DNA of 64,000 nucleotides. Source: Phototrophicaceae bacterium (GTDB lineage Bacteria; Chloroflexota; Anaerolineae; Aggregatilineales; Phototrophicaceae). Positions 9,588-19,191 of the stretch are shown in pieces; the first letter of the stretch is position 1; every line of letters starts with the position of its first letter. The notes below the pieces were generated by a model. It did no database searches. It saw only the letters and a program-made list of their open reading frames with translations, and was not told the DNA's origin. The stretch is taken from assembly GCA_965243795.1 (NCBI GenBank), contig OZ251576.1, forward strand, positions 3,156,810-3,220,809, written 5' to 3'. The translations under genes and the position numbers were made by a program.

Positions 9588-10838
9588 CTAATCCGACTCC
9601 AGAAAATCCCAATCGACCACCGGCGGCGGCCAAGCACCATCATAAACTTCCGCTTCTGTAATCTGAAAGATCGCCAAGGCCGTCCCAGTGGCGCAGTCGC
9701 CAGCGTAAGGCGATTCGTCCTGGCAGGTCAGCCGGCCAGTCAGCCCAGGATAATTGTCGATGGCGGCGATAGCCTCGCGCAAGGCCTGACGGCCAATGGT
9801 GATGCTGCCATCCTCATGCTCTTCAGCAACAGCCTGGACGGAATCCAGCAGCATATTCACCGCGTCATAAGCATGAGCATGATAGCCTCCCGGCGGCGTC
9901 CCCCCGATCTCATCATCCCACGTCATCAAAAACTGCTCATACGCCTCGCCGCTGACCAAAGGCCCCGAAAGATAAATACCGATAGCGGCGTCGCCGGTGT
10001 TTTCGGGAAACGCATCGACAAAGCTGGCGGCCGCCGTCATCATCACCACCTCTTCAAGCCCAGGGACATGAGGCAGCTGCGCGGCGAGAAAATTGGATTC
10101 AGGTTCAAACAGCGGGAAATAAACGAGGTCCGGCCGGCTGACAGCGATTTCAGTCAGGATGGACGTCATGTCGGTATCTCCCTTGTCAATCGCGCCCTCA
10201 AAAACGACCTCGCCGCCCAGTTCGGCAAAGGTATCGGCCATGACCCTGGCCGCGCCTTCAGTATAAGGATCGCCATCGTGGACGGTGGCCAAGGCGCCAA
10301 CTCCCAGCGCGTTGATCGCGAATTGAGCCGACAAGGGCCCGAGGAAGAGGTCATTGTGGCTGGTGCGGAAATAGCCCGGCAAATGCGCGCCTCCCTCGTC
10401 AATATCGTCATTGGTCAAACTAGGAGATGTGTTCGACGGAGCGATCATCAGCATCCCAGCTTCACTAACGATGGGCAAGGCTCCTTGAGCGGCTCCAGAG
10501 CAGCTGGTGCCAATGATGCCGACAATCGTCTCGTCAGCAGTGAGCCGCTGCGCCGCCGCCTGGCCGCCCTCGGCCGAACACAAGCTGTCTTCGACCACCA
10601 ATTCAATATCGCGCCCAAGAAGCGTTTCACCGCGCGCCAGAAGCGCCAGTTCAATGCCCCCTTGCGAATCTTCGCCCAAGAAGGAAACCGCGCCGGAAAC
10701 AGTCAGCATCGCGCCAACCACAATCGGATCATCCGGCCCAACCTCAACACAGCCCAGCGGATCGCCGCAATGCCCATCAGCGAACGCCGGCCTACCCAGC
10801 GCCATCAGCAAAATAAGCGCCAAAAACAAAGACTTCAT
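9588..10838 (-). CDS. ABC transporter substrate-binding protein (Leu/Ile/Val-binding, type-1 PBP fold), paralog 1
   Basis: Signal peptide MKSLFLALILLMALGRPAFADGHC, then the LivJ/K-like fold. AGGAGA lies upstream of ATG 10836-10838. Confidence 0.85.
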   Translation of the reverse strand: MKSLFLALILLMALGRPAFADGHCGDPLGCVEVGPDDPIVVGAMLTVSGAVSFLGEDSQGGIELALLARGETLLGRDIELVVEDSLCSAEGGQAAAQRLTADETIVGIIGTSCSGAAQGALPIVSEAGMLMIAPSNTSPSLTNDDIDEGGAHLPGYFRTSHNDLFLGPLSAQFAINALGVGALATVHDGDPYTEGAARVMADTFAELGGEVVFEGAIDKGDTDMTSILTEIAVSRPDLVYFPLFEPESNFLAAQLPHVPGLEEVVMMTAAASFVDAFPENTGDAAIGIYLSGPLVSGEAYEQFLMTWDDEIGGTPPGGYHAHAYDAVNMLLDSVQAVAEEHEDGSITIGRQALREAIAAIDNYPGLTGRLTCQDESPYAGDCATGTALAIFQITEAEVYDGAWPPPVVDWDFLESD

Positions 10839-10963
10839 CGCTTGCCCATCTCCTGTCCTAAAACATCTGCAAAGGTTCATCAGAATATCCAAAAAACAAG
10901 CCAGAGTCAACTTGCCCCCTGGCTTGTCATCAAACTCAACTGCATAACAGCGGCAATGAACGT

Positions 10964-12217
10964 CTATCCATCGCCCATCAGCGACCAGACCACAGCCGGC
11001 GGCCATTCGCCAGCGACCTGGGCTTCAGTGACCTCAAAGACGGCCAACGCCGTGCCTGTGGCGCAGTCACCCGCGTAGGGTGATTCGTCCTGGCAGGTCA
11101 GCGTGCCGGTCAGCCCGACATAGCCCTCGACAGCGGCCATAGCGTCGCGCATGGCCTGACGGCCAATAGTCAGACTGCCGTCGTCATGCTCTTCAGCCAC
11201 AGCCTCAACCATATCCATAACCAGATTGGCCGCGTCGTAAGCATGGGCATGGAAGCCGCTGGGTGGCGCGCCGCCAAGCTCCTCTTCCCAAGTGACCAAA
11301 AATTCATCATAAGCCTCGCCGGTAATCGACGGCCCCGTGATGTAGACGCCTACCGCGCCCTCGCCTGAATTCGGCGCGAAATTCGGAGTAAAACTGCCAT
11401 CCGAAGTCATCATAGTCGCCTCTTCCAGACCAGGCGTGTTCACCAGCTGCGAAACGATAAACTCGGATTCAGGGACGAAAACCGGGAAATAAACGATGTC
11501 CGGCCCACTCGCGGCGATCTCGGTCAAAATCGCGCTCATATCGGTGTCACCCTTGTTGACCGCCCCCTGGAAGACAACCTCGCCGCCCAGTTCAGCGAAA
11601 GTGTTGGCCATCACATTGGCCAAGCCCTCGGTGTAGGGATCGCCATCATGGATAGTCGCCAAAGTCCCGGCCCCCAGATCTTCCACCGCGAACTGCGCCG
11701 CCATGGCCCCCTGGAAGAGGTCATTATGCGCCGTGCGGAAATAGCCAGGCTGATAAGTGCCGCCGGCATCCGCATCGTCATTAGTCAGACTCGGCGACGT
11801 ATTCGACGCCGAAATCATCAGCATGCCAGCCTCGCTGACAATCGGCAAAGCCCCTTGCGCCGCGCCCGAACAGGTCGTGCCGACAATGCCGACAACGCTC
11901 TCATCAGCGGCCATCCGCTGCGCCGCCGTTTGACCGCCTTCAGCCGAACACAAACTGTCCTCGACCACCAATTCAATCTGACGCCCCAAAAGCATCTGAT
12001 CGCGCGCCAAAATGGCAAGCTCAATGCCGCCATGCGAATCCGCGCCATAATCAGCCGCCGGGCCAGTCATCGCCAGCATCGCGCCAACGGCAATCGTATC
12101 ATCCGGCCCAACCTCGACGCAGCCCAGCGGATCCATGCAGTGTCCGTCTGCCATAGCCGGCGCGCCAAGCCCGACCAGCAAACTCAATACGATAAGTACA
12201 AACAGCAGTCTCTTCAT
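10964..12217 (-). CDS. ABC transporter substrate-binding protein, paralog 2
   Basis: MKRLLFVLIVLSLLVGLGAPAMADGHCMDPLGCVEVGPDD... is collinear with paralogs 1 and 3. GAGGAG lies 11 nt upstream of ATG 12215-12217. Confidence 0.85.
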   Translation of the reverse strand: MKRLLFVLIVLSLLVGLGAPAMADGHCMDPLGCVEVGPDDTIAVGAMLAMTGPAADYGADSHGGIELAILARDQMLLGRQIELVVEDSLCSAEGGQTAAQRMAADESVVGIVGTTCSGAAQGALPIVSEAGMLMISASNTSPSLTNDDADAGGTYQPGYFRTAHNDLFQGAMAAQFAVEDLGAGTLATIHDGDPYTEGLANVMANTFAELGGEVVFQGAVNKGDTDMSAILTEIAASGPDIVYFPVFVPESEFIVSQLVNTPGLEEATMMTSDGSFTPNFAPNSGEGAVGVYITGPSITGEAYDEFLVTWEEELGGAPPSGFHAHAYDAANLVMDMVEAVAEEHDDGSLTIGRQAMRDAMAAVEGYVGLTGTLTCQDESPYAGDCATGTALAVFEVTEAQVAGEWPPAVVWSLMGDG

Positions 12218-12332
12218 GGTACACACTTCTCCTCATAACTAACTGAATAATGACACCTGTGCCAGCAGCCTGAATTATACCCCATCATTTTGCCTCCGCG
12301 CAAGCGTCTTGTCATGCCCCTTTCAGCGCGGC

Positions 12333-13598
12333 CTAGCCCCCCATCGTCACCATCGACAAATCCCAGACAACAGGCGGCGGCCAGCGGTCACCATAGACAA
12401 CCTCCTCGGTGACTTCAAAAATAGCAAGCCCCGTGCTGCTCGCGCAATCTCCATCAAACGGCGATTCATCCTGGCAGGTAAGCTCGCCAGTCAGCCCAGC
12501 GTATCCCTCGACGTCGGCAATGGCCTCCCGCAGCGCTTGACGCCCAATCAGCAGACCTCCATCTTCCGTCTCTTCAGCGACAGCTTCAATGGCATTCAGC
12601 AGCAGATTCGTCGCATCATAAGCATGAGCATGGAAACCACTCGGCGGCTCCCCACCGATCTCCTCATCCCAAGTCACCAGAAATTCCTCATACGCCTCGC
12701 CAGAAACCGAAGGCCCCGAAATGTAAATGCCAACAGCCGCTTCCCCCGTATTTGTCGGAAAAGAGGCTACCAAACTGCTGTCACCCGTCACCATGATGCT
12801 GTCTTCAAGCCCTGGGATCTTGACCAGCTGCGCCGCGATGAACTCGGATTCAGGCGGAAAAACCGGAAAGAAAACGACATCCGGGCTGGTCGCCGCGATC
12901 TCGGTCAAAATCGCGCTCATATCAGTATCGCCAACGCTGACGGCCCCTTGGAAAACCACTTCCCCGCCCATATCAGCGAAGACATCGGCCACAATGCCGC
13001 TCAATTCCTCGGCATAGGTGCCGCCGTCATGGATGGTCGCCAAAGTCTCGGCCCGCAAAACCCGCGCGGCGAACTGCCCAACCATCGCGCCTTGGAAAAT
13101 ATCGTTGGGAATAGTGCGGAAATAGCCAGGACGATGAATACCGCCGCTTTCGACATCATTGTTAGTCAAAATTGGCGACGTATTGGTCGGTGAAATCGTC
13201 AGCATCCCGGCGTCGCTTACAATCGACATGGCCCCCTGCGCCGCGCTGGAGCAGGTCGGCCCAATGATGCCCGCAATCGTTTCATCCGCCGTCAGACGCT
13301 GCGCCGCCGATTGACCACCCTCCGCCGTGCAAAGGTCATCCTCAATCACCAGCGTAATCTCATGCCCCAGCAGCATCTCATCGCGCGCCAAAATCGCCAG
13401 TTCAATGCCGCCGCGCGTATCCTCGCCATACAGCGATACCGCCCCAGAAATCGTCAGCATCGCGCCAGCGACAATCGGATCATCCGGCCCAACCTCGACG
13501 CAGCCCAGCGGATCCATGCAATGCCCATCCGCGAACACCGGAATGCCGAACGCGCCCAGAAGGCCCAACAGAGTTAGCATAAGCAGCAGCCGTTTCAT
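12333..13598 (-). CDS. ABC transporter substrate-binding protein, paralog 3
   Basis: MKRLLLMLTLLGLLGAFGIPVFADGHCMDPLGCVEVGPDD... GAGGAGG lies 9 nt upstream of ATG 13596-13598. Confidence 0.85.
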   Translation of the reverse strand: MKRLLLMLTLLGLLGAFGIPVFADGHCMDPLGCVEVGPDDPIVAGAMLTISGAVSLYGEDTRGGIELAILARDEMLLGHEITLVIEDDLCTAEGGQSAAQRLTADETIAGIIGPTCSSAAQGAMSIVSDAGMLTISPTNTSPILTNNDVESGGIHRPGYFRTIPNDIFQGAMVGQFAARVLRAETLATIHDGGTYAEELSGIVADVFADMGGEVVFQGAVSVGDTDMSAILTEIAATSPDVVFFPVFPPESEFIAAQLVKIPGLEDSIMVTGDSSLVASFPTNTGEAAVGIYISGPSVSGEAYEEFLVTWDEEIGGEPPSGFHAHAYDATNLLLNAIEAVAEETEDGGLLIGRQALREAIADVEGYAGLTGELTCQDESPFDGDCASSTGLAIFEVTEEVVYGDRWPPPVVWDLSMVTMGG

Positions 13599-13791
13599 AG
13601 CGCAGCGCCTCCTCATTCACTCAATAGCCATCATCAAACAGATTATACCATTATGATTAAGTATATCTGATGAGTTCGTTTCGGACAAGCGCCTGTGAAA
13701 ATCGCATCCAAATAAAACTGCGCTGACAATTTGAATGCGTCGGCTTTGCGGTACAATATCCCATCAGGTTCGTTCGTCAGAAAGCAGGGCC

Positions 13792-14985
13792 ATGAAGCTG
13801 CTCGTCGCTGTATCTTCGCTTGACTTGACCCAAAAGTACAGCGCGACGCCGGCCTGGTGGCAGCTGCTCAAGGGCTTGTATGAAATCGGCGTCGAGATCA
13901 TCGCCGCGCCCTACCAAGGCCCATCAATAGAAAGCCTGTGGTGGCGCGCCGCCCGCAATCCAGCCCGCCGGCCAGGCGATGCCTTCAAAGCCCTGCGCGA
14001 TATCACGCGCGTCATAGCGCCGCCCAAACCCGACCGACCAACGCCAAAATCCGACTCCTGGTCAGACAAGACGCTGCGGAACGCCGCCCAAACCCTCATC
14101 GCTCCCCTCTGGCGCCGCCACCTTGAACGAATTCTGCGCCAAAACCCAGATATAGACGCCCTTCTGTTCCTGACCGTTCCCCTAAATCACCTTAAAGGCG
14201 TGCCAAGATACATTTCGGAGAAATATAACAAACCCGTCTTCTATTTTGACGGCGACGTCCCCGCCAGCCTGCCCAATATGAAGGGCTTTGCCTCTGGATT
14301 CCGCATCTATCAAGGCGCCGACCTATCCGAATACACCGCCTTTATCAGCAACAGTCAAGGCGGCGAGACCCTGCTGCGGCAGCTTGGCGTCGAAAACGTC
14401 CACACAGTCTGGTATGGCGCCGACCCGCAGGTCTTCAGTCCAATGGCTGTATCATCCCAGGATATCGATGTGCTGTTTTATGGCCACGGCCGCGAATACC
14501 GCTCCGACTGGATTGACCGCATGATCACCGTTCCATCGCATCGCCTCCCCGACCGCCGTTTTGCTGTGCGCGGCTCCAATCTAGGCGATCTGGGCAAAGC
14601 CGAAAGCCTGCCCTATTTGAGCTTCAGCAAACTGCGCGAATATGTCTGCCGCAGCAAAATCAACCTGTGCATCACCCGCGGCGCCCATGCCAGCGTCTAT
14701 GCCTCCTCCTCATCGCGCCCCTTTGAACTAAGCGCAATGGCCGCCTGCATCGTCGCCAATCCATACAAGGGCATAGAAGAATGGTTCCAGCCCGAAAAAG
14801 AGATCGTCATCGTCCAGTCAGCTGATGAAGCCATTGAACGCTATGCCTATCTGCTCGCCCACGACAGCGAACGCCAGGCCATCGCCGCCGCCGCCCGCCG
14901 CCGCGTCCTCAAACAGCATACCTTCCAGCACCGCGCCCGCGACCTAACCAGCATCATTCGGCAGTATATCGGGAATGATAAATAA
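13792..14985 (+). CDS. CgeB-like / group-1-type glycosyltransferase family protein
   Basis: The C-terminal region SRPFELSAMAACIVANPYKGIEEWF...AIERYAYLL...RQAIAAAARRRVLKQHTF resembles the glycosyltransferase CgeB family. I took the start at MKLLVAV (ATG 13792). Confidence 0.55.
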   Translation: MKLLVAVSSLDLTQKYSATPAWWQLLKGLYEIGVEIIAAPYQGPSIESLWWRAARNPARRPGDAFKALRDITRVIAPPKPDRPTPKSDSWSDKTLRNAAQTLIAPLWRRHLERILRQNPDIDALLFLTVPLNHLKGVPRYISEKYNKPVFYFDGDVPASLPNMKGFASGFRIYQGADLSEYTAFISNSQGGETLLRQLGVENVHTVWYGADPQVFSPMAVSSQDIDVLFYGHGREYRSDWIDRMITVPSHRLPDRRFAVRGSNLGDLGKAESLPYLSFSKLREYVCRSKINLCITRGAHASVYASSSSRPFELSAMAACIVANPYKGIEEWFQPEKEIVIVQSADEAIERYAYLLAHDSERQAIAAAARRRVLKQHTFQHRARDLTSIIRQYIGNDK

Positions 14986-15009
14986 GGCCCCATGAACGCC
15001 GCCACGCCC

Positions 15010-15250
15010 AAAAACCAAAACCGCGACCTTTGAGTCGCCCTTCCCACCTGCAAACGCGGTATAAAGAATCTGCACAGCATAAAATCGAAATCGCCTTATG
15101 ACCGAAAAAATTTCTTTTGCGAACATAAAACGGACACAAAGCAGATGTTGCCCTCTGTGCCTCTGTGTCCTCTGTGGTAAAAAGCACATAGAGGCGAAAT
15201 CGCTTATGCGCGAAAAAGTTTGTCTTTCGCGCACAAAACGCGCATAAAAC
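15010..15250 (-). repeat. Intergenic repeat core, copy 1; it contains one intact and one degenerate hairpin module
   Basis: The reverse complement matches the copies at 23863-24015 and 42559-42758. Shared blocks are GTTTTATGCGCGTTTT(A/G)TGCGCGAAAGACAAACTTTTTCGCGCATAAG and GGGAAGGGCGACTCAAAG(G/A)TCGC(G/A)GTTTTGGTTTTT. Confidence 0.85.
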
Positions 15251-15253
15251 CAG

Positions 15254-15645
15254 CGGCAGGGCGTGGCGGAAAATGGCGGATTTTGTCGGATTTTGACGTA
15301 GTATGTGGCGGATTATGGCGGATTTTGTCGGATTTTGACGTAGTATGTGGCGGATTATGGCGGAAAATGGCGGACTTTGTCGAGTGAATGCCCCCTCTTT
15401 AATGGCTTTTCTCTCTGACCTCTGTGGTAAAAGATTTATGGCGGATTGTGGCGGAAAATGGCGGACTTTGTCGGATTTTGACGTAGTATGTGGCGGATTA
15501 TGGCGGAAAATGGCGGACTTTGTCGAGTGAATGCCCCTCTATAATGGCTTTTCTCTCTGACCTCTGTGACCTCTGTGGTAAAAAGATTTATGGCGGATTG
15601 TGGCGGAAAATGGCGGACTTTGTCGGATTATGGCGGATTTTGACC
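15254..15645. repeat. Tandem repeat array A: GTGGCGGA(A/T)(A/T)ATGGCGGA... subrepeats organised in a higher-order unit of about 125 bp
   Basis: GTGGCGGATTATGGCGGAAAATGGCGGACTTTGTCGAGTGAATGCCCC..CTCT.TAATGGCTTTTCTCTCTGACCTCTGTGGTAAAAGATTTATGGCGGATTGTGGCGGAAAATGGCGGACTTTGTCGGATTTTGACGTAGTAT occurs about twice, plus shorter units of about 42 bp. Confidence 0.9.
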
Positions 15646-15721
15646 CAAATCCTTCAGTCCCTTGCACAATCGCGAAGCTGTCCATATAATAGAATATTCG
15701 TTCTAAAAGGAGAGCTTGACA

Positions 15722-16555
15722 ATGACAATCGATCTAGAAAAAGCGCGTGATTTTGTATATCGCCAAGGCACCCTGTTTGAACGCGCCTTGTTTGCCTGGC
15801 TATTCGAGGGCGGCAGCGAAGCCCGCGTCCAGCAGATCATCCTCTGTTACAAAAATCCCGACAATGGCTTTGGACATGGCTTTGAACATGACCTAAAGGC
15901 GCCGCAGTCGAACCCGCTTGCCTTGGAGTATCTGCTGTCGGTGATGAAATACAGCCAAATTCCACCAGGCGCAGTCCTGGACGGTGTATCAGACTGGGTG
16001 GAAAGCCAAATGGATGAAGCTGGCGATCTCAAGAATCCCCCCGAAACGCGCGCCTATCCCCTGGCGCCCTGGTGGCAGGAACAAGGCGGACAAACGATGC
16101 CCGATTCCATCGTCGGCAACCTGATTCATTTTGGCTGTGCAGAGCCATCGCTGATTGAAAAGACGACGGCATGGGCCCAAGCCAGATATTCACCCGACAG
16201 CATTCTCGAAAACGAATGGCTGTTCATGGCCTACCACGCCGTCGATTTTCTCTTCGCCATCAGCGACTTCCCCGATCTGAATCGGTATCGCCAGGCAACT
16301 GTGGACAATGTGATCGCCTGTGCCGAACGCGCGCCCGAAAATCAGTGCGATTCGCTGTTTCCCTTTGCCCCGACGCCCGATTCCCCGATAGCCAAAGCGA
16401 TGCCGCCCGGCCTGCTGACGCGCTTTCTCGATGTCCTGGAAAATACCCAGCAGCCCGAAGGCCATTGGGTTGACCAGCATAACCTGCGGCAGTGGTGGCC
16501 GATGACGACCATCAATGTACTGCTGGCCTTGCGCCACTATGGGAGGTGGTCATAA
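15722..16555 (+). CDS. Hypothetical protein, possibly an alpha/alpha-toroid (prenyltransferase/terpene-cyclase-like) fold
   Basis: 277-aa ORF. AAAGGAGAG lies 7 nt upstream of ATG 15722. The YKNPDNGFGHGFEHD motif is only weakly suggestive. Confidence 0.5.
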   Translation: MTIDLEKARDFVYRQGTLFERALFAWLFEGGSEARVQQIILCYKNPDNGFGHGFEHDLKAPQSNPLALEYLLSVMKYSQIPPGAVLDGVSDWVESQMDEAGDLKNPPETRAYPLAPWWQEQGGQTMPDSIVGNLIHFGCAEPSLIEKTTAWAQARYSPDSILENEWLFMAYHAVDFLFAISDFPDLNRYRQATVDNVIACAERAPENQCDSLFPFAPTPDSPIAKAMPPGLLTRFLDVLENTQQPEGHWVDQHNLRQWWPMTTINVLLALRHYGRWS

Positions 16556-16624
16556 AATTCGCCTGGCCGCTGTGCTATACTCCGCAGGCAAATCATCCGA
16601 AACCATCCCAATGGAGCGAACGAC

Positions 16625-17443
16625 ATGGCCATTGATTGCATCATCGAATACGACTGCGTCCCCAAGCGGCGTTTGACGGCCGCCGGCATTCTGGAGCGCA
16701 TCAAGGAAAAAGAGCGCGCCCAAGCGGTCATTCAATGGTTTCGAAAAGCCGGCGATGACCGACCGCCCGCGCGGATGGGCTTTGAGTTCAGCCGCAATAC
16801 CCCCCATGAGCAAGGCGAAAAACAGATCATGATCGTCCAAGACCTGCTTGACCGCGCCGCCGAGCTTGACCAAGTGGCGCATCACTGCCCAGCCTGCCCC
16901 GCCAACCGCAGCGGCCGTCCTTTCGGCTGCATCAGCTTTATTCAGTATCCACTCTCGGCCCGCGCCGAAACCTGGCTGCTGGAGCGGCTGCCAGTGCCAG
17001 ATGAACCCCTCGTCTGGCTTCTGCTAAAACAGGGCATCCAGACCTTTGGCTATGACGGCTCTTCCATAAAAATCCTGCGCGGCAGCGATACCATCGACCA
17101 AGAGGGACAGCCCGCCTGCTTTGAACTGTCGACCGCGCCCTGGCGCCGCTTGGGTGAATTCACCGTGTCCGGCGACCAAATGCTAGAGATGATTTTTGGC
17201 GTCGGCGAGCGCATCATGCCCAATCACGCCGGCATCCTGCTGCTTTTCTTTCATGCCATCGACCGCGATAAGGAAGCCGCAGAAATCCGCCGCATCTCAT
17301 CAGATGAAGCCCTGCGCGGGGAAACCGCCTTCGCGATGACGGCCGAACCGCATGATGATGAAACCGTCCGCCAGTTCGTGGAGTTTTTCCAAGCCCTGTA
17401 CCTGGCCTGGAAACTGCGCGTGCCGCTGTTTGTCGATGCCTAG
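16625..17443 (+). CDS. Hypothetical protein
   Basis: 272-aa ORF with normal amino-acid composition and a Cys cluster (HHCPACPANRSGRPFGC). I recognised no family. Confidence 0.5.
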   Translation: MAIDCIIEYDCVPKRRLTAAGILERIKEKERAQAVIQWFRKAGDDRPPARMGFEFSRNTPHEQGEKQIMIVQDLLDRAAELDQVAHHCPACPANRSGRPFGCISFIQYPLSARAETWLLERLPVPDEPLVWLLLKQGIQTFGYDGSSIKILRGSDTIDQEGQPACFELSTAPWRRLGEFTVSGDQMLEMIFGVGERIMPNHAGILLLFFHAIDRDKEAAEIRRISSDEALRGETAFAMTAEPHDDETVRQFVEFFQALYLAWKLRVPLFVDA

Positions 17444-17710
17444 CCCCGCGTCGCCAGCCCCAGCAAAACCAGCGCGGTTAATATGATGACAATCGCCAGC
17501 GCAGCATAAAACTTGCCAAAGCGCCGGCGGGCTTCCGAGCCTTCTCTGAAAATATCGCCCAGCTTCACCTGATGCCCCTCGCGCCATCTGTCCCCTCCCC
17601 CCAGCATAGCGCAATTCCCCCAAGCTGACAACATCTCGCGCTTTGTCCCTTGAACACGAGGCCCGCCAATGTTATTTTTGGGTAATCCGTTTCCCGCAAG
17701 CCTGTCACCG

Positions 17711-19096
17711 ATGAAAAAAGACGTCTCAATGTCAATGCTAAGAATCTGCCCCTCGTACAGTTCTAAAAAGCGGCGGCTGCTCATCCTATTCGTCCTGCTG
17801 ATGATGGTCTTGCCAGCATCGGCGCAGGTCGGATTGGGAAGAACCGTCGGCGTCCTGGTCAATACCGAAGCCGCTTATGAGGGCTATACGCTGTTTTCAC
17901 CGATAAACACGCCATCAGTCTATCTGATGGATAATGAGGGCCGCATCATCCATTCCTGGGAGATCGAAGGCAACGCGGGTGTTATGGAAGCGCACCTGCT
18001 TGATAATGGCCATTTGATCGTCGTCGCTGGATTTAGAAGCAGCACACCGAGCGCACAGCGCGCCGGAAGCATCCGAGAATATACGTGGAGCAATGAATTC
18101 GTCTGGGAAATTCAGTTTGACCGCCGAGTCCGCCGTCAGCACCATGCTATTGACATCCTGCCGAATGGAAACATCCTGGCCATTGCCCAGAATTTTCGTT
18201 CGCTGGACGAAGCGATTGAGATGGGATTGAGACCGCAAAGCCAGGCGCTGATCCCTGACATCATTGTTGAAATTGACCGTTCAAACAGCGAATTGGTGTG
18301 GCAGTGGGACGTCTGGGATCATCTGGTGCAGGATCTTGATGCCAACCTGCCCAATTATGGCCAAATCCCCCAGCATCCTAGGCGAATTAACATCAACTAT
18401 CGGACAGACCGCGACTGGATGCACACCAACGCCGTTCACTATCACCCCGAATTGGATCAGATCGTCATCAGTGTATGGAAGTTTGATGAATTATGGATTA
18501 TCGATCACAGCCTATCGACGGCGGAAACGGCCGGCCCGGCCGGCGATCTTCTCTGGCGATGGGGCAATCCCGCCGCCTACCAGCAGGGTGGCCCAACAGA
18601 CCGCTATCTGTTTCGACAGCATGACGTCCAATGGATTGAGGATGGCTTGCCGGGCGCGGGAAATATCCTCATCTTCAACAACCGCAACAATATCGACACA
18701 GATGAAGAGTATTCTTCAATTCTTGAACTGAAGCCTCCCTTGCGGCCTGACGGCAGCTATGATTGGGAGCAGGACGTGGAAATCGTTTGGTCTTATGCTG
18801 CCGATGGGTTCTATTCGCGTATGATTTCTGGCGTCCAGCGTTTGCCGAATGGCAGCACTTTGATTACGGAAGGTCAGCCTGGGCGGCTGATTGAAGTCAG
18901 CGCCGACGGAGAAGTCGTTTGGGAATTTGTGAATCCAGTCACCACAAGGGGCCTCGTCAAACAGGGTGACCCGCCTAATCCCCAAGGCATAGAGGCTAGC
19001 GAACGGAATGTCTTGTTCCGCGTTCGCAAGTATCCGCCTGACCACCCCGCTTTCGCCGGCCGCGATATGACCCCCGGCGAACGACTGGTCGATTAA
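17711..19096 (+). CDS. Arylsulfotransferase (ASST)-like beta-propeller protein, secreted
   Basis: Signal peptide RRLLILFVLLMMVLPASAQ. ASST-like blocks are YEGYTLFSP...YLMDNEGRIIHSWE, WMHTNAVHYHPELDQIVIS and RLPNGSTLITEGQPGRLIEVSADGEVVWEF. The start could be 17669 or 17711. Confidence 0.6.
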   Translation: MKKDVSMSMLRICPSYSSKKRRLLILFVLLMMVLPASAQVGLGRTVGVLVNTEAAYEGYTLFSPINTPSVYLMDNEGRIIHSWEIEGNAGVMEAHLLDNGHLIVVAGFRSSTPSAQRAGSIREYTWSNEFVWEIQFDRRVRRQHHAIDILPNGNILAIAQNFRSLDEAIEMGLRPQSQALIPDIIVEIDRSNSELVWQWDVWDHLVQDLDANLPNYGQIPQHPRRININYRTDRDWMHTNAVHYHPELDQIVISVWKFDELWIIDHSLSTAETAGPAGDLLWRWGNPAAYQQGGPTDRYLFRQHDVQWIEDGLPGAGNILIFNNRNNIDTDEEYSSILELKPPLRPDGSYDWEQDVEIVWSYAADGFYSRMISGVQRLPNGSTLITEGQPGRLIEVSADGEVVWEFVNPVTTRGLVKQGDPPNPQGIEASERNVLFRVRKYPPDHPAFAGRDMTPGERLVD

Positions 19097-19191
19097 AGCT
19101 GGCAATCAACGCAAAAACTGATTCATCCTTCTATCTTCGGTGCCCCCCTGTGGTATAGTCTCCCTGTTCGACCGAAAGGGATACGGCGCTG

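Noticed and set aside
17440-17862. 140-aa minus-strand ORF with a C-terminal TM helix; a shorter 64-aa version would be 17440..17634
   Set aside because: The long form overlaps the signal-peptide region of the arylsulfotransferase-like gene on the opposite strand. The short form has no convincing SD and no recognisable family. It cannot be supported from the sequence alone.
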